A stretch of DNA of 64,000 bases, taken from a virus. Within the stretch, counting starts at the first letter, position 1. Each line of letters starts with the position of its first letter. The translations under genes were made by a program, and so were the position numbers. The notes under the pieces were generated by a model. The model worked only from the letters and a program-made list of their open reading frames with translations, was not told the DNA's origin and searched no databases. The stretch is taken from positions 1-64,000 of IMG/VR virus record IMGVR_UViG_3300044673_000327, one strand, 5' to 3'. Positions 9,332-18,864 of this stretch are shown here, piece by piece.

Positions 9332-11011
9332 ATGATAAGCGGTATTCAACCATCCACGCAATACTTTTCCCGAAATTCGTTAGAGTATCGTCAATCCACC
9401 CGATCCGCTTCTCCCTCTTCGGATAGAGAGAGTATCGGGAACGACACCCCCCCATCGCTTCAGGGTATCAACGGGGGAGGGCAGTTCAACCGGAGAACGT
9501 GGGAGGAATCCAAGGCTCTCTACACCCTCGGATTAATTCCCGCCCACGCCCTGCTTCTAGATTACCTCTGCCTCAAATTATGGCGCGTCGGGTTCTCGAC
9601 CACCAAACTCGCCATCGTCCTCGCCGAAGAGATAGGACTGACGAGATCGACCCTCTACCGGGCGATCTCGGTCCTCAAGAAAAAACTCCCCGGACTATTC
9701 CGCTTCAGCCGCCCCCTCTACAAGGGCAAGGAATTGACCGGGGATAATCGTATCCGTATCACCCGGACGGGAACCCTGCCGACCCTGCCCGCGACCCTCG
9801 AACCCGAAGAAGAAGAGTTCGGCGAGTGGGACGAGGGGGAGTTGACGGGGATGACGGAACCCGATCCCCGCTCCGATCGCGCGACGGTCTTTTTAGCGGG
9901 TGAGAGAGCGCGTCCAACAAATGATAATGACTCGAATCCCAACCCCCGTCGGGCTTTGGAGTCTCCGAAAAATGTAGATCTCTTATTAGATAATTTTAAA
10001 GATCTTTCTTTCTTCTCCCGAACAGATGAACTAGGTTCGGAGAGGGAAGCGGTCGTTGACCGCGAAGAAGGAAGGAAAGAGTTTTTTAATTCTTCTTTTT
10101 ATGGGTGCGACGGAGAGTCCCCCGAGTGTTTAACCAGAGAGTCGGTGAGTGGCTTAATCGGTGGGGAGTCCGTTTCCCTATCGGTGAGTGGCTTAACCTC
10201 TAGCGAGTCCGTTTCCCCCGTCGTTGGAGTCAAGCTTCAACGGCGAGGCTTGGAAGTTATCGAGGGGGGTCGTAGACCCCTAGAGCGAGTCCGTCGGGCT
10301 GTCGAGTGGGTTAAGGGTAAGGGGTTCGGGAATACCGGATCGGTGATCGATCGCCCGCCCGCGCCCTCGGATTCGGATAGCTACGCTACGGGGGGGGTGA
10401 GTTCAGTTAGAGACAACCCTATGCCCCAGACCCTAGAAGCACAGACCTCGCCCCGGATCTCCGATCCCCGAGAAGAAGAAATCAAAACCCTCCCTCCTTC
10501 CTTTCTCCGTAACCCGATCGTCGCTCGGTTATCGGACAGCGATCGCCGTTCGTTGTGGGAGTACGCCGTCGCCCGATGCAAGGAACTCCCGAACTGGAGT
10601 CGGGACGATCGGTATCCCCGCATCAAATCCCCGACGGCTTGGATTCTTAGCACGTTAGAGAAAGGACTTTATCAAGATTGGCTCGCGGTCACATCGACCG
10701 TCACCGTCGAGAGTATCGTCCGATCTTCGTCTCCCGCCGCCCCCGCGACCCCGAACGAGGGGATCGTGAAACCGAGTAAGCCCGTGATATTTATCCAGCA
10801 AATAGTAAACCTCGAACAGCTAACTTGGCGATTGGGAATGTTCCCCGACAAAATCGACATTCCCGATATGCCCGAAGAATTCGAGGGGTTAAACGGGCTA
10901 GAAATCTTCGGACGACTGAAAGAAAACCTAGAACTTCTTCGTTTGTTCAAAGGGCTGAACGTTCCCGAAGACTACGTTTTTACCGAAAGCTTCGTACTTC
11001 CCAATCCGTAA
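9332..11011 (+). CDS. replication initiator (N-terminal HTH, internal repeats)
   Basis: LAEEIGLTRSTLYRAISVL HTH; upstream of DnaB; contains an AT-rich tract and iteron-like repeats. Confidence 0.7.
   Translation: MISGIQPSTQYFSRNSLEYRQSTRSASPSSDRESIGNDTPPSLQGINGGGQFNRRTWEESKALYTLGLIPAHALLLDYLCLKLWRVGFSTTKLAIVLAEEIGLTRSTLYRAISVLKKKLPGLFRFSRPLYKGKELTGDNRIRITRTGTLPTLPATLEPEEEEFGEWDEGELTGMTEPDPRSDRATVFLAGERARPTNDNDSNPNPRRALESPKNVDLLLDNFKDLSFFSRTDELGSEREAVVDREEGRKEFFNSSFYGCDGESPECLTRESVSGLIGGESVSLSVSGLTSSESVSPVVGVKLQRRGLEVIEGGRRPLERVRRAVEWVKGKGFGNTGSVIDRPPAPSDSDSYATGGVSSVRDNPMPQTLEAQTSPRISDPREEEIKTLPPSFLRNPIVARLSDSDRRSLWEYAVARCKELPNWSRDDRYPRIKSPTAWILSTLEKGLYQDWLAVTSTVTVESIVRSSSPAAPATPNEGIVKPSKPVIFIQQIVNLEQLTWRLGMFPDKIDIPDMPEEFEGLNGLEIFGRLKENLELLRLFKGLNVPEDYVFTESFVLPNP
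10142..10220 (+). repeat. two 39-bp tandem repeats (candidate origin iterons)
   Basis: TCGGTGAGTGGCTTAA-N8-GAGTCCGTTTCCC at 10142 and 10181. Confidence 0.6.
10375..10402 (+). promoter_or_regulatory. motif B (copy 2, inside the rep gene)
   Basis: GGATAGCTACGCT-N10-TGAGT before an in-frame ATG at 10421. Confidence 0.7.
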
Positions 11012-11023
11012 ACCCGAAGACCC

Positions 11024-11509
11024 ATGCCTAAAAAGAAAACCAAAAGCCAGTTCCATAAAGGATTCGGGAAACTCCCGAAAGCCGACCCGAACGCCGAACG
11101 TTACCAGAAAGCGATCGACGCTCTATTCAAATCGGCGAGCGGGTTCGCCAAGTCCGATCCCTCCCGTTCCGCGGTCTATCTCCCCGTTCAGGACGCGGCT
11201 CTCGGGGTGGCGAGCCTATTAATCCTCGCCGATTCGATTCCGAAGGATCGTCGGATGTACCGGGAGTCCGCCTCTTTCTGGATGTCCCTGATCTTGATCT
11301 CCATTCCCGAAATGCTGGAACCGATAAAAGAGATCGAACGGGTTTTCGGATTCGATCGATCGGCGACCGAACGCGCCACGGAAATGATCCGCGTCTCCCG
11401 AGAACTCCAGAACGCGATGCGACAGGAACAAGAGCGGCAGATCGAGTCAATCGAGAACGAGATCGATACCGAACCGGAAATAGAACCAGAAACCGATCTA
11501 GAACCCTAG
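11024..11509 (+). CDS. hypothetical protein
   Basis: Tightly packed between rep and dnaB. Confidence 0.7.
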   Translation: MPKKKTKSQFHKGFGKLPKADPNAERYQKAIDALFKSASGFAKSDPSRSAVYLPVQDAALGVASLLILADSIPKDRRMYRESASFWMSLILISIPEMLEPIKEIERVFGFDRSATERATEMIRVSRELQNAMRQEQERQIESIENEIDTEPEIEPETDLEP

Positions 11510-11512
11510 CCC

Positions 11513-12868
11513 ATGATCACCGATCCCTCTCTCCCCCCCCAGAGCATCGATTGCGAGGAAACGATTCTCGGGGGGATTCTTCTCGATCCCAAGGCTTTTC
11601 CCCGAATCGTCGATACCCTCAAGCCCGAGGATTTTTACGTTCGATCGCATCAGGAGATCTATAAAGCGGCGATCTCTCTTCACGGGAAAAAAGAACCGAC
11701 CGACCTGATGACGATGAGTACGTGGCTTCAAGATCGGCATCTTCTCGAAGAGGTGGGCGGGATACCCCGACTACTACAACTGGTCGATCGTACCGTGAGC
11801 GCCGCTAATATCGATCGCTACGCCGAACTGGTGATCGATAAATCCACCCGACGACAACTGATTAGCGCGGCGGGACAGATTATCGAACTGGCTCGGGATA
11901 CCTCGATGGATCTCGATGAGGTTCTACAGTCCTCCACCGAACGACTCAATAAAGTTGTCGTCTCTCGTTCCCTCGATTCCGATGACAGCCGTTGGGAATT
12001 CCCCGATGTCTGGACGAACTATTACGACAATCTCGATAACCCCCGTTATCTCCTATCCACGGGACTCGCTAATCTCGATACCCTCACCGGGAAACTCGTT
12101 CTCGGGGATTACTCGATCGTCGCCGCCCGTCCCTCGATGGGTAAGTCGTGGTTCGCGAACTGGCTCGCTCTCTCGGTGGCGAAACAGGGATACCCCGTTC
12201 TCTATTTCACCTCCGAGATGGATAAACGGAGTGTCGGTAATCGTATGATCGCCACTCTCGCCAAAGTTCCCCTCGGTAAGATCGTTAATCCCTCTGAAAA
12301 CCCTCAAACTCCCGAGGAACAGGAACGGATCATGCTCGCCTATCACGAGTACGAGAACCTACCCATCACCCTGATCGATAAACCGGGTTCATCCCTCTCC
12401 TATAACTACATCAAGTCCGAGTGCGATCGGACGATTCGCGAGTACAAGAACAATCCACCCCACCAACGTCTCGGGCTAGTCCTTCAGGACTACATCCAAC
12501 TGATCGGCGATTCGGGTAGTTCCGGACGGGTAGGAGAACTCACCCAGATCTCCAAGAACTTCAAGGCGATCGCCCGCGATTACCGTACCCACGTCTGTGT
12601 TCTCTCCCAACTCAATCGCGGGGTCGAGTCCCGCAACGATAAACGTCCCCTCATGTCCGATCTCAGAGAGAGCGGCGGTCTTGAACAGGATGCCGACCTC
12701 ATCCTTATGCCCTATAGGGATGAATACTATAACCCCGAATCCGCCGATCGCGACATCGTGGAGATGATCGTTCGCAAGAACCGCAACGGTCAGGTCGGTA
12801 CGGCACGATGCGGACTCGCTATCTCCTACGGGGAATTCCGCTCTTTCGGAGATCATCGATCTTTCTAA
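11513..12868 (+). CDS. dnaB: replicative DNA helicase
   Basis: PPQSIDCEETILG, AARPSMGKS (Walker A), DYIQL, LSQLNR, DLRESGGLEQDAD, KNRNG. Confidence 0.97.
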   Translation: MITDPSLPPQSIDCEETILGGILLDPKAFPRIVDTLKPEDFYVRSHQEIYKAAISLHGKKEPTDLMTMSTWLQDRHLLEEVGGIPRLLQLVDRTVSAANIDRYAELVIDKSTRRQLISAAGQIIELARDTSMDLDEVLQSSTERLNKVVVSRSLDSDDSRWEFPDVWTNYYDNLDNPRYLLSTGLANLDTLTGKLVLGDYSIVAARPSMGKSWFANWLALSVAKQGYPVLYFTSEMDKRSVGNRMIATLAKVPLGKIVNPSENPQTPEEQERIMLAYHEYENLPITLIDKPGSSLSYNYIKSECDRTIREYKNNPPHQRLGLVLQDYIQLIGDSGSSGRVGELTQISKNFKAIARDYRTHVCVLSQLNRGVESRNDKRPLMSDLRESGGLEQDADLILMPYRDEYYNPESADRDIVEMIVRKNRNGQVGTARCGLAISYGEFRSFGDHRSF

Positions 12869-12882
12869 TTCATCCCTAACCC

Positions 12883-13740
12883 ATGAACCAACCCGATCCC
12901 GATACCTTTTTCTCTTTCGGTGGTGGTGTTCAATCGACGGCGATCGCGATGATCCTCTGCAAAGAACCCCACCGCTTTACCGATCTCGGTTTGTTCCTAC
13001 CCAAAACAATCGTGTTCGCCGATACCGGTTCCGAACCCCTCAAGCTCTATCCCCATATCGAAAGGGTATTCGATCTTCTAGAAGGCGCGGGGTACGAACC
13101 CGTCACCGTCCTCCAGATCGATAAAGAGGGGAAGCCCGTCATCCTACACGAGAGCGAGCGGGGTCTCGCTTCCGTTCCTTGGTTCACCGAGAACGCGGAC
13201 GGGGAGCGGGGTATTCTCCGAAGACAGTGTACTTCCGAGTTCAAGATCACCCCGATCCAGAAAGAAATGCGGAAACGTCTCGGTTACAAGAAAGGTCAAC
13301 GGATTCCCACTGGCAAAGCTAAACTCTGGCTCGGTATCTCGGCCGACGAACAACAACGCGCCCGGATCAATCCCGATAAATGGATCGAGAATATCTATCC
13401 CCTACTCGCTATCGGTTGGAATCGCGTCGATTGCGCCGTCTACGCCAAACACCATCTCGGGTACGACGTTCCTAAATCCGCCTGTTTCTTCTGCCCGTTC
13501 ACCAACCCGAAAGAGTGGGAACGGAGAAAGGAACTCGAACCCGAAGAGTTTCAAAGAGCCGTCGAGGTGGAGAAGAACCTGAAAGATGTCCAAACGTTCG
13601 GAAAGAGAATCGGTAACTGCAATAACCCGATCTATATTCATCCCTCCTGTAAACCTCTCGACGACGCGGTACTCGATCAATTACCCCTACCCGTCGGTTA
13701 TGGCTTCAGAGCCGAGTGTTCGGGTAGTTGCGGGGTTTAG
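12883..13740 (+). CDS. PAPS-reductase-like PP-loop protein with Cys clusters
   Basis: SFGGGVQS, FADTG, CTSEFKI, KSACFFCPF, CSGSC. Confidence 0.8.
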   Translation: MNQPDPDTFFSFGGGVQSTAIAMILCKEPHRFTDLGLFLPKTIVFADTGSEPLKLYPHIERVFDLLEGAGYEPVTVLQIDKEGKPVILHESERGLASVPWFTENADGERGILRRQCTSEFKITPIQKEMRKRLGYKKGQRIPTGKAKLWLGISADEQQRARINPDKWIENIYPLLAIGWNRVDCAVYAKHHLGYDVPKSACFFCPFTNPKEWERRKELEPEEFQRAVEVEKNLKDVQTFGKRIGNCNNPIYIHPSCKPLDDAVLDQLPLPVGYGFRAECSGSCGV

Positions 13741-13790
13741 TTTTGCCCTCGAAAGTATATCGTTAATCTACCTACCAAAAGATAAAGCTG

Positions 13791-14039
13791 ATGGAAGAAA
13801 CACAGGACAGAAAACTCGTTGTCGGAACCACTTGGCAACACTATAAGGGCAATACCTATCTTATCGTGGCTCTCGCCCTCAATGAAGCCGATAAGATACC
13901 GGTCGTGGTTTACCAGAGCGAGAAAGATCACCGCGAGGTATGGGTCAGATCCCGAGAGGATTTCCTCGCTACCCTCACATCGAAAGAGGGGGAATTTTAC
14001 CGTTTTACCAAACTAACTCCCCGTTATTCCAGAAGATAG
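13791..14039 (+). CDS. DUF1653-like protein
   Basis: WQHYKGNTY...VVVYQ...VWVRSREDF. Confidence 0.8.
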   Translation: MEETQDRKLVVGTTWQHYKGNTYLIVALALNEADKIPVVVYQSEKDHREVWVRSREDFLATLTSKEGEFYRFTKLTPRYSRR

Positions 14040-14042
14040 TCC

Positions 14043-14261
14043 ATGAATCGCTCATGCCCCGTTGCCCACCTTTTTGTAGAAGAAGAATGTTCGTTCTTTA
14101 CCCAAGGCGCTTATTGGTGCTACGGAACCGATGGCTTCGTGGTCGGGGCTAATTTCTGTGTTCCGATCGCCGTAGCCAATCGATATGAAAAAGGAAACGG
14201 TGATGCCTTGCATGAATGGCTTCACTGGTTAACCCCGCAAGAACCTTACACCCAAATCTAA
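14043..14261 (+). CDS. hypothetical protein
   Basis: Operon packing. Confidence 0.5.
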   Translation: MNRSCPVAHLFVEEECSFFTQGAYWCYGTDGFVVGANFCVPIAVANRYEKGNGDALHEWLHWLTPQEPYTQI

Positions 14262-14267
14262 ATCACC

Positions 14268-14465
14268 ATGCAACTCTCCGAGATCCCTATCGATACCTCG
14301 ATCACCGAAACGAGCGATCGCTTTATCGCTACCTATTACCCCGAATCCAATCCGATGATGTCCGTGGTCGAGATCTACGACCAATACACCGACAAGAAAG
14401 AAACCCGATCTCGGGATTACGTTCGGGAGTTACGAGATCTCCTCAACCGTCTCCCCCTCGATTAG
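14268..14465 (+). CDS. hypothetical protein
   Basis: Operon packing. Confidence 0.55.
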   Translation: MQLSEIPIDTSITETSDRFIATYYPESNPMMSVVEIYDQYTDKKETRSRDYVRELRDLLNRLPLD

Positions 14466-14513
14466 AGAGGAAGGAGAGGAAAGAGTTTTTTATTTATTCA
14501 AGGAGTTAATTCG

Positions 14514-14717
14514 ATGCCAGATGTCAATCATTCTTTGTCTTCCAATACTCCCGACGATTTCCCTACCCCTCGACAGGAAAAGGAGATCGATCGCATCGAG
14601 CGGGAGTACCACGAGTCCCGAATGAAAGCGGCGGGCTTACTGGACGAGGAGGGAAACCCCACCGACAAATTCTACGAACAGGGTCAACTAGAGTACGAAA
14701 TCGCCAGAGGTAAATAA
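14514..14717 (+). CDS. hypothetical protein
   Basis: AGGAG RBS. Confidence 0.6.
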   Translation: MPDVNHSLSSNTPDDFPTPRQEKEIDRIEREYHESRMKAAGLLDEEGNPTDKFYEQGQLEYEIARGK

Positions 14718-14719
14718 TC

Positions 14720-15115
14720 ATGAGAATTCAAGATGGAGTAGATCGCATCGACAATCAGAAGTTCGAGAAAATCGAAAATAGCTTAAAACTAATCCTCGTA
14801 ACACAATTCGAGGTACAGGCTCTAGAAGCTAAACTCGCCCAACTAAAAGGCGTGTTGCGGGATAGTATCGACTTTGTAGCCGATACCCTCGACGGGGATT
14901 ATTTCGAGGATCAATTGACCTTCTGCATCACCCCGAACGGGAAAGATCACTACGGGGTCACGTTGTGCGGGGGTAAGCTATCCGACTTTTATCCTATCGT
15001 CCGTCCCGAAGTACCTAAACCCGAGTTCGAGTATAAGCCCTACGATCTACCCGAAGAGACGGAAACGGAAAGCTCGATCTCTTCTGTCGATGGCTTTTAT
15101 TCACTCGGTAAGTAG
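14720..15115 (+). CDS. hypothetical protein
   Basis: GAGG RBS; operon packing. Confidence 0.65.
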   Translation: MRIQDGVDRIDNQKFEKIENSLKLILVTQFEVQALEAKLAQLKGVLRDSIDFVADTLDGDYFEDQLTFCITPNGKDHYGVTLCGGKLSDFYPIVRPEVPKPEFEYKPYDLPEETETESSISSVDGFYSLGK

Positions 15116-15144
15116 ATCGTGAATCTATCTATAGATTTCTCGAC

Positions 15145-15172
15145 GGATAGCTACGCTACATAGATAATGAGG
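15145..15172 (+). promoter_or_regulatory. motif B (copy 3)
   Basis: GGATAGCTACGCT-N10-TGAGG, preceded by the palindrome at 15113. Confidence 0.75.
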
Positions 15173-15291
15173 TAAGGCATAAAGCGTCAAGCCACGGGAG
15201 AGAAATGGAAAGTGTATCGTCAACCCTATACCTTCTATCCTCTCCCGATTTTTCTATCCATCCATCCACGCACCTGTCTATCTACACGACC

Positions 15292-15555
15292 ATGCAGACC
15301 ACCACCGACACCCTACCGAAATACGAACGGGTAGCCTTAACCCGAGAAGAGATCGAACGCTTTCAACTCGTCCTCGCTTCCCTCTCTACCAATCTATCCC
15401 CCGGTCGGTTCTATGAAATTCTCGAACTGAACCCTAATTACTATCACTCCCACGCCATGTACGATCGCTTTCTCGCTATCGGTCACGGGCTACAGGTCAT
15501 CGATACCGATACTCTCGTCCGTCTCGCCAACGCCTATAGTTCTCGGGAGGTGTAG
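15292..15555 (+). CDS. hypothetical protein
   Basis: ORF downstream of motif B; alternative start at 15205. Confidence 0.6.
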   Translation: MQTTTDTLPKYERVALTREEIERFQLVLASLSTNLSPGRFYEILELNPNYYHSHAMYDRFLAIGHGLQVIDTDTLVRLANAYSSREV

Positions 15556-15556
15556 G

Positions 15557-15778
15557 GTGAGTAAATGGAATCCGCCCCGATATAGCAAATACGCGTTTCC
15601 CGACAATCCCTCGACTATCCGATCGGACGCGAAAGGACTAACTAAACTCGAATGGATGGTCGGTCAGGTATTGCCCGCGATGGTGCAGAGCGGCTATAGC
15701 GGCTACGACAACGCCGTAGAGTCGGCGGTAGAGATCTCCATCCGCGCTCTCGAAGAGATCGAGAAACGTCAGTCTTAA
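15557..15778 (+). CDS. small phage protein
   Basis: YAFP...GLTKLEW motif common in phage hypothetical proteins; GGAGG RBS. Confidence 0.65.
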   Translation: MSKWNPPRYSKYAFPDNPSTIRSDAKGLTKLEWMVGQVLPAMVQSGYSGYDNAVESAVEISIRALEEIEKRQS

Positions 15779-15839
15779 TTCCACCGCTATCATCCGCTCT
15801 CTGAATCCCTTCATCCATCCCTACAGCACGAGGATAATT

Positions 15840-16319
15840 ATGCCGAAAGCAACTCTCAAAAATACCAACATCGGTAAAATGATCGACGTTTGCGACAAAG
15901 TAATCGCCGAGAAAGAACGACAAGAAGAACGGGCGGAAAGAACGAAAGTCGTCCCGATCGTACCCGAGAGTGGCGAGAAATTACCCGATACGATCGTTAT
16001 CTCCTCGATCGCCCCTGTCTCTCAAGCTCCGACCCATCAAACCCGTCGTCATTCGATCACTCTCGATCTCGATGACATCTCGATTATCAAGAAAGCGATC
16101 GGGGTTAAGGCGGAAGTCTTTCTCAAGATGATGATCGAGTTTGGAAAAGACGAGATCATTTCCGGACAGAAGCAAGAAATCGAGATATTCGCTTTTGCCA
16201 AACGTTACGACCTAGATCCCGGTGATGTTCATAAAGTATTTAATACCATTAAAGATCTCTACGTGGTCGGACAACAACTCAAAATCCCTTTCGTTTATTC
16301 CCCGCAATCCGAAGACTAA
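15840..16319 (+). CDS. hypothetical protein
   Basis: GAGG RBS. Confidence 0.65.
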   Translation: MPKATLKNTNIGKMIDVCDKVIAEKERQEERAERTKVVPIVPESGEKLPDTIVISSIAPVSQAPTHQTRRHSITLDLDDISIIKKAIGVKAEVFLKMMIEFGKDEIISGQKQEIEIFAFAKRYDLDPGDVHKVFNTIKDLYVVGQQLKIPFVYSPQSED

Positions 16320-16606
16320 TGGCACGACTCAAAAAGCTTACCTATTACTCTATCCAAGTTTCGGGGCAGAATACGCCCTATCACTTTTACCGCTACAGGA
16401 CAATCTCCTCTACCCGTCGGCTGATCGATAAGTTGGTTCGGAAAGATCCGACTATCAGTATCGACATTACCCGTCACTCTCATTGGTTTAGATACAACGA
16501 GAGCGGTGTTCCTAAACTCATTAGGACTATGGAGACAAAGTTCTTGAAAGTCAGAGTAAAAAAGGGTAAACCTAAAATCATTCCGTGGACTAGAAAGTTC
16601 AGATGA
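16319..16606 (+). CDS. basic hypothetical protein
   Basis: TAATG coupling. Confidence 0.6.
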   Translation: MARLKKLTYYSIQVSGQNTPYHFYRYRTISSTRRLIDKLVRKDPTISIDITRHSHWFRYNESGVPKLIRTMETKFLKVRVKKGKPKIIPWTRKFR

Positions 16607-16677
16607 ATTTTCTAGTCTCCTAATTTAACTTTCTTCTCATTCCTCTCTTTCCTTTCTTTATCACCTACCTACCCACC

Positions 16678-16878
16678 ATGAACGAGAAAGTAGAGTTGCC
16701 GATCGAACAGGAATTCAAAATACATTCTTTAAAAGAGTGGATTAAATCCGCTCCCGAAGAAGAGGTAAAGCGAAGACTCGTGGATATATACATCCATTCC
16801 ATGCACAAGGAAAATCTCTACAAAGCCGAACTCAAAAAAGTGTGGGGACTCGATAACCTCCCGCCACACTCTTTCTAG
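16678..16878 (+). CDS. nblA: phycobilisome degradation protein NblA
   Basis: ELPIEQEF...LVDIY...YKAELKKVWGLD matches the NblA pattern (L-S-L-E-Q-Q-F ... W-G-L). Confidence 0.85.
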   Translation: MNEKVELPIEQEFKIHSLKEWIKSAPEEEVKRRLVDIYIHSMHKENLYKAELKKVWGLDNLPPHSF

Positions 16879-16901
16879 TAATTCGCACCGATTAGCCACG
16901 A

Positions 16902-17417
16902 ATGACCATGAAAACATTAACCGAAATAGAACGCCTCAATAAATCCGTGGAGGGGGACAAGGACATTCAACTTAAAAATCTCTGCAAAGAAGTGGATATG
17001 TTACGAGCCGTTCTTCAGAACAAAGAAGCCGAGAACGATTTTCTCCGTAAACAACTCGATACCAAGAGCGCCGAGTTTGATAAATCGGCAAAGGCTTTAA
17101 TTCAATCCGAGAATAAATCCCTCACCTCCCAGATCAAGAAACTTCAGGATCGGGTGGATAAATTATTAGAGGTTAACCGAAAGCTTCGTGACGAGGGTAT
17201 CGAGTACCGCAAACGGATCTCCGATCTCGTCGCGGAAAGACAATCGAACGTGGAATCGATTCCCGAGAAAACCCGAGAGTATATCACCTACCTAAAACAG
17301 ACGAACGAAAAGCTCGATCGGGAGGTGGATAAACAGAAAGCGTTTCTCAAAAAAGCCGTTCAACGTCTCTCGTTCTTTCAGCAATCCGAGGTATTCGATG
17401 AAAATATTATCGAGTAA
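16902..17417 (+). CDS. coiled-coil protein
   Basis: Long heptad-rich helical ORF. Confidence 0.65.
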   Translation: MTMKTLTEIERLNKSVEGDKDIQLKNLCKEVDMLRAVLQNKEAENDFLRKQLDTKSAEFDKSAKALIQSENKSLTSQIKKLQDRVDKLLEVNRKLRDEGIEYRKRISDLVAERQSNVESIPEKTREYITYLKQTNEKLDREVDKQKAFLKKAVQRLSFFQQSEVFDENIIE

Positions 17418-17595
17418 CGAGCGGTTAGTGTTGCAACACTATAAAGAGAAAGCCGGGGATTTTCGTTTCGGATTCGCTCTCTTCCGAATGTCGATTCATC
17501 TTTGGGTTAAACTTCATTTCGACAACCCGAATCACCGACGTATAGTGGAGGCGAGACATCGGGTTCTATTTCACTGGTTAAACGGTTTATTTTAG
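17398..17595 (+). CDS. hypothetical protein
   Basis: Operon packing. Confidence 0.5.
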   Translation: MKILSSNERLVLQHYKEKAGDFRFGFALFRMSIHLWVKLHFDNPNHRRIVEARHRVLFHWLNGLF

Positions 17596-17608
17596 GTGAG
17601 AAGTAAAC

Positions 17609-18451
17609 ATGAGTAAATCCAAAATTCAATGGACGGATGTAACCGATAATCCTATCCGTCTCGAAACTGGAGGACATTGGTGCAAGAAAATTTCGCCGGG
17701 ATGCGCAAAATGTTACGCAGAAACCGCCAACCAATCCGATTATTTCTGGTGGAGTTCCAAGCTCCCCTACACGGGGAAGGCTCCCGACAATCTATTTCTT
17801 GACGAGGAACTATTACGGTCTTGGAGTCGGATGAAAAAACCGAAGAAACACTTTGTCTGTTCGATGACAGATTGGTGTGGTGATTGGGTTCCGATGGAAT
17901 GGCAGTTGAAAATGCTTCAGTCCATGTCAAACGCGCCAAGTCAAACTTTTCAGCTTCTAACCAAACGATCCGAGCGTTTTAACGCGACCATCAAGCATTT
18001 ATCCGATCTAAAGCTCGATTGGGCTAGTCATCTTTCTAATGTTTGGTTTGGTGTATCCGTAGAGGATCAAAAACGAGCCGATGAGAGAATAGAAGTTCTC
18101 GCGTATACTCCCGCCGCTATCCGTTTTCTCTCCATCGAACCCTTGTTAGGAGAGATCGATTTAACTTCCGTGGAAGGTATCGATAGAATCCATTGGGTTA
18201 TTGTCGGGGGTGAGAGTGGGAAAGGCGCGAGGGAGTGCTATTTAGAATGGATACACAGAATCGTTCTAGATTGCCAACAATTAAAAATCCCCGTGTTTGT
18301 CAAACAACTCGGTTCTAACCCGATGTATATGTCTCATTATCAGATGGTTAGATTTTCCGAACCGGCAGAGTTAAAAGTCAAACGCAAAGGCGGGGATTGG
18401 GACGATCCCGCTTTCCCCGAACATCTCAAGATACGGGAGTTTCCAATATGA
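17609..18451 (+). CDS. DUF5131 / phage Gp37-Gp68 family (radical-SAM-like)
   Basis: SKIQWTD, CKKISPGCAKCYA, FQLLTKR, FLSIEPLL, WVIVGGESG, VFVKQ. Confidence 0.92.
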   Translation: MSKSKIQWTDVTDNPIRLETGGHWCKKISPGCAKCYAETANQSDYFWWSSKLPYTGKAPDNLFLDEELLRSWSRMKKPKKHFVCSMTDWCGDWVPMEWQLKMLQSMSNAPSQTFQLLTKRSERFNATIKHLSDLKLDWASHLSNVWFGVSVEDQKRADERIEVLAYTPAAIRFLSIEPLLGEIDLTSVEGIDRIHWVIVGGESGKGARECYLEWIHRIVLDCQQLKIPVFVKQLGSNPMYMSHYQMVRFSEPAELKVKRKGGDWDDPAFPEHLKIREFPI

Positions 18452-18864
18452 AAGCTTCCATAAACTTTATCCCGAATAACATAATCGTGGGAGTATTCTG
18501 GAAACGGGAGAAGTTAAAAGGAAACCACTCGGATCTCATCTACACGATACAGGGATTGTATATCTACCCATTTCCCTGTATTCTCGTTTCCGTCTCTTGG
18601 GTAGTCGATGTAACCGTTGAATAAAAAGTAATCGATCGCGAGGAGCTTCCAATGGAAATTAGAAAGAAGGGCAGTGAAATCGAGATCTCTATCCCGTGGA
18701 GAACCGATCATGGAACAGATAAAACCGTTTATGTTTTCGTGTATCCTAACGGCAAGATTAACGCGAGCGCGCCGGGGAAATGAACACCGAAGGATTAGAG
18801 GCTTTTAAAGACGCTCTGACCCTAGCCGAGATTTTGAGTAAATACGGTTACGGTTTCGATTAAA

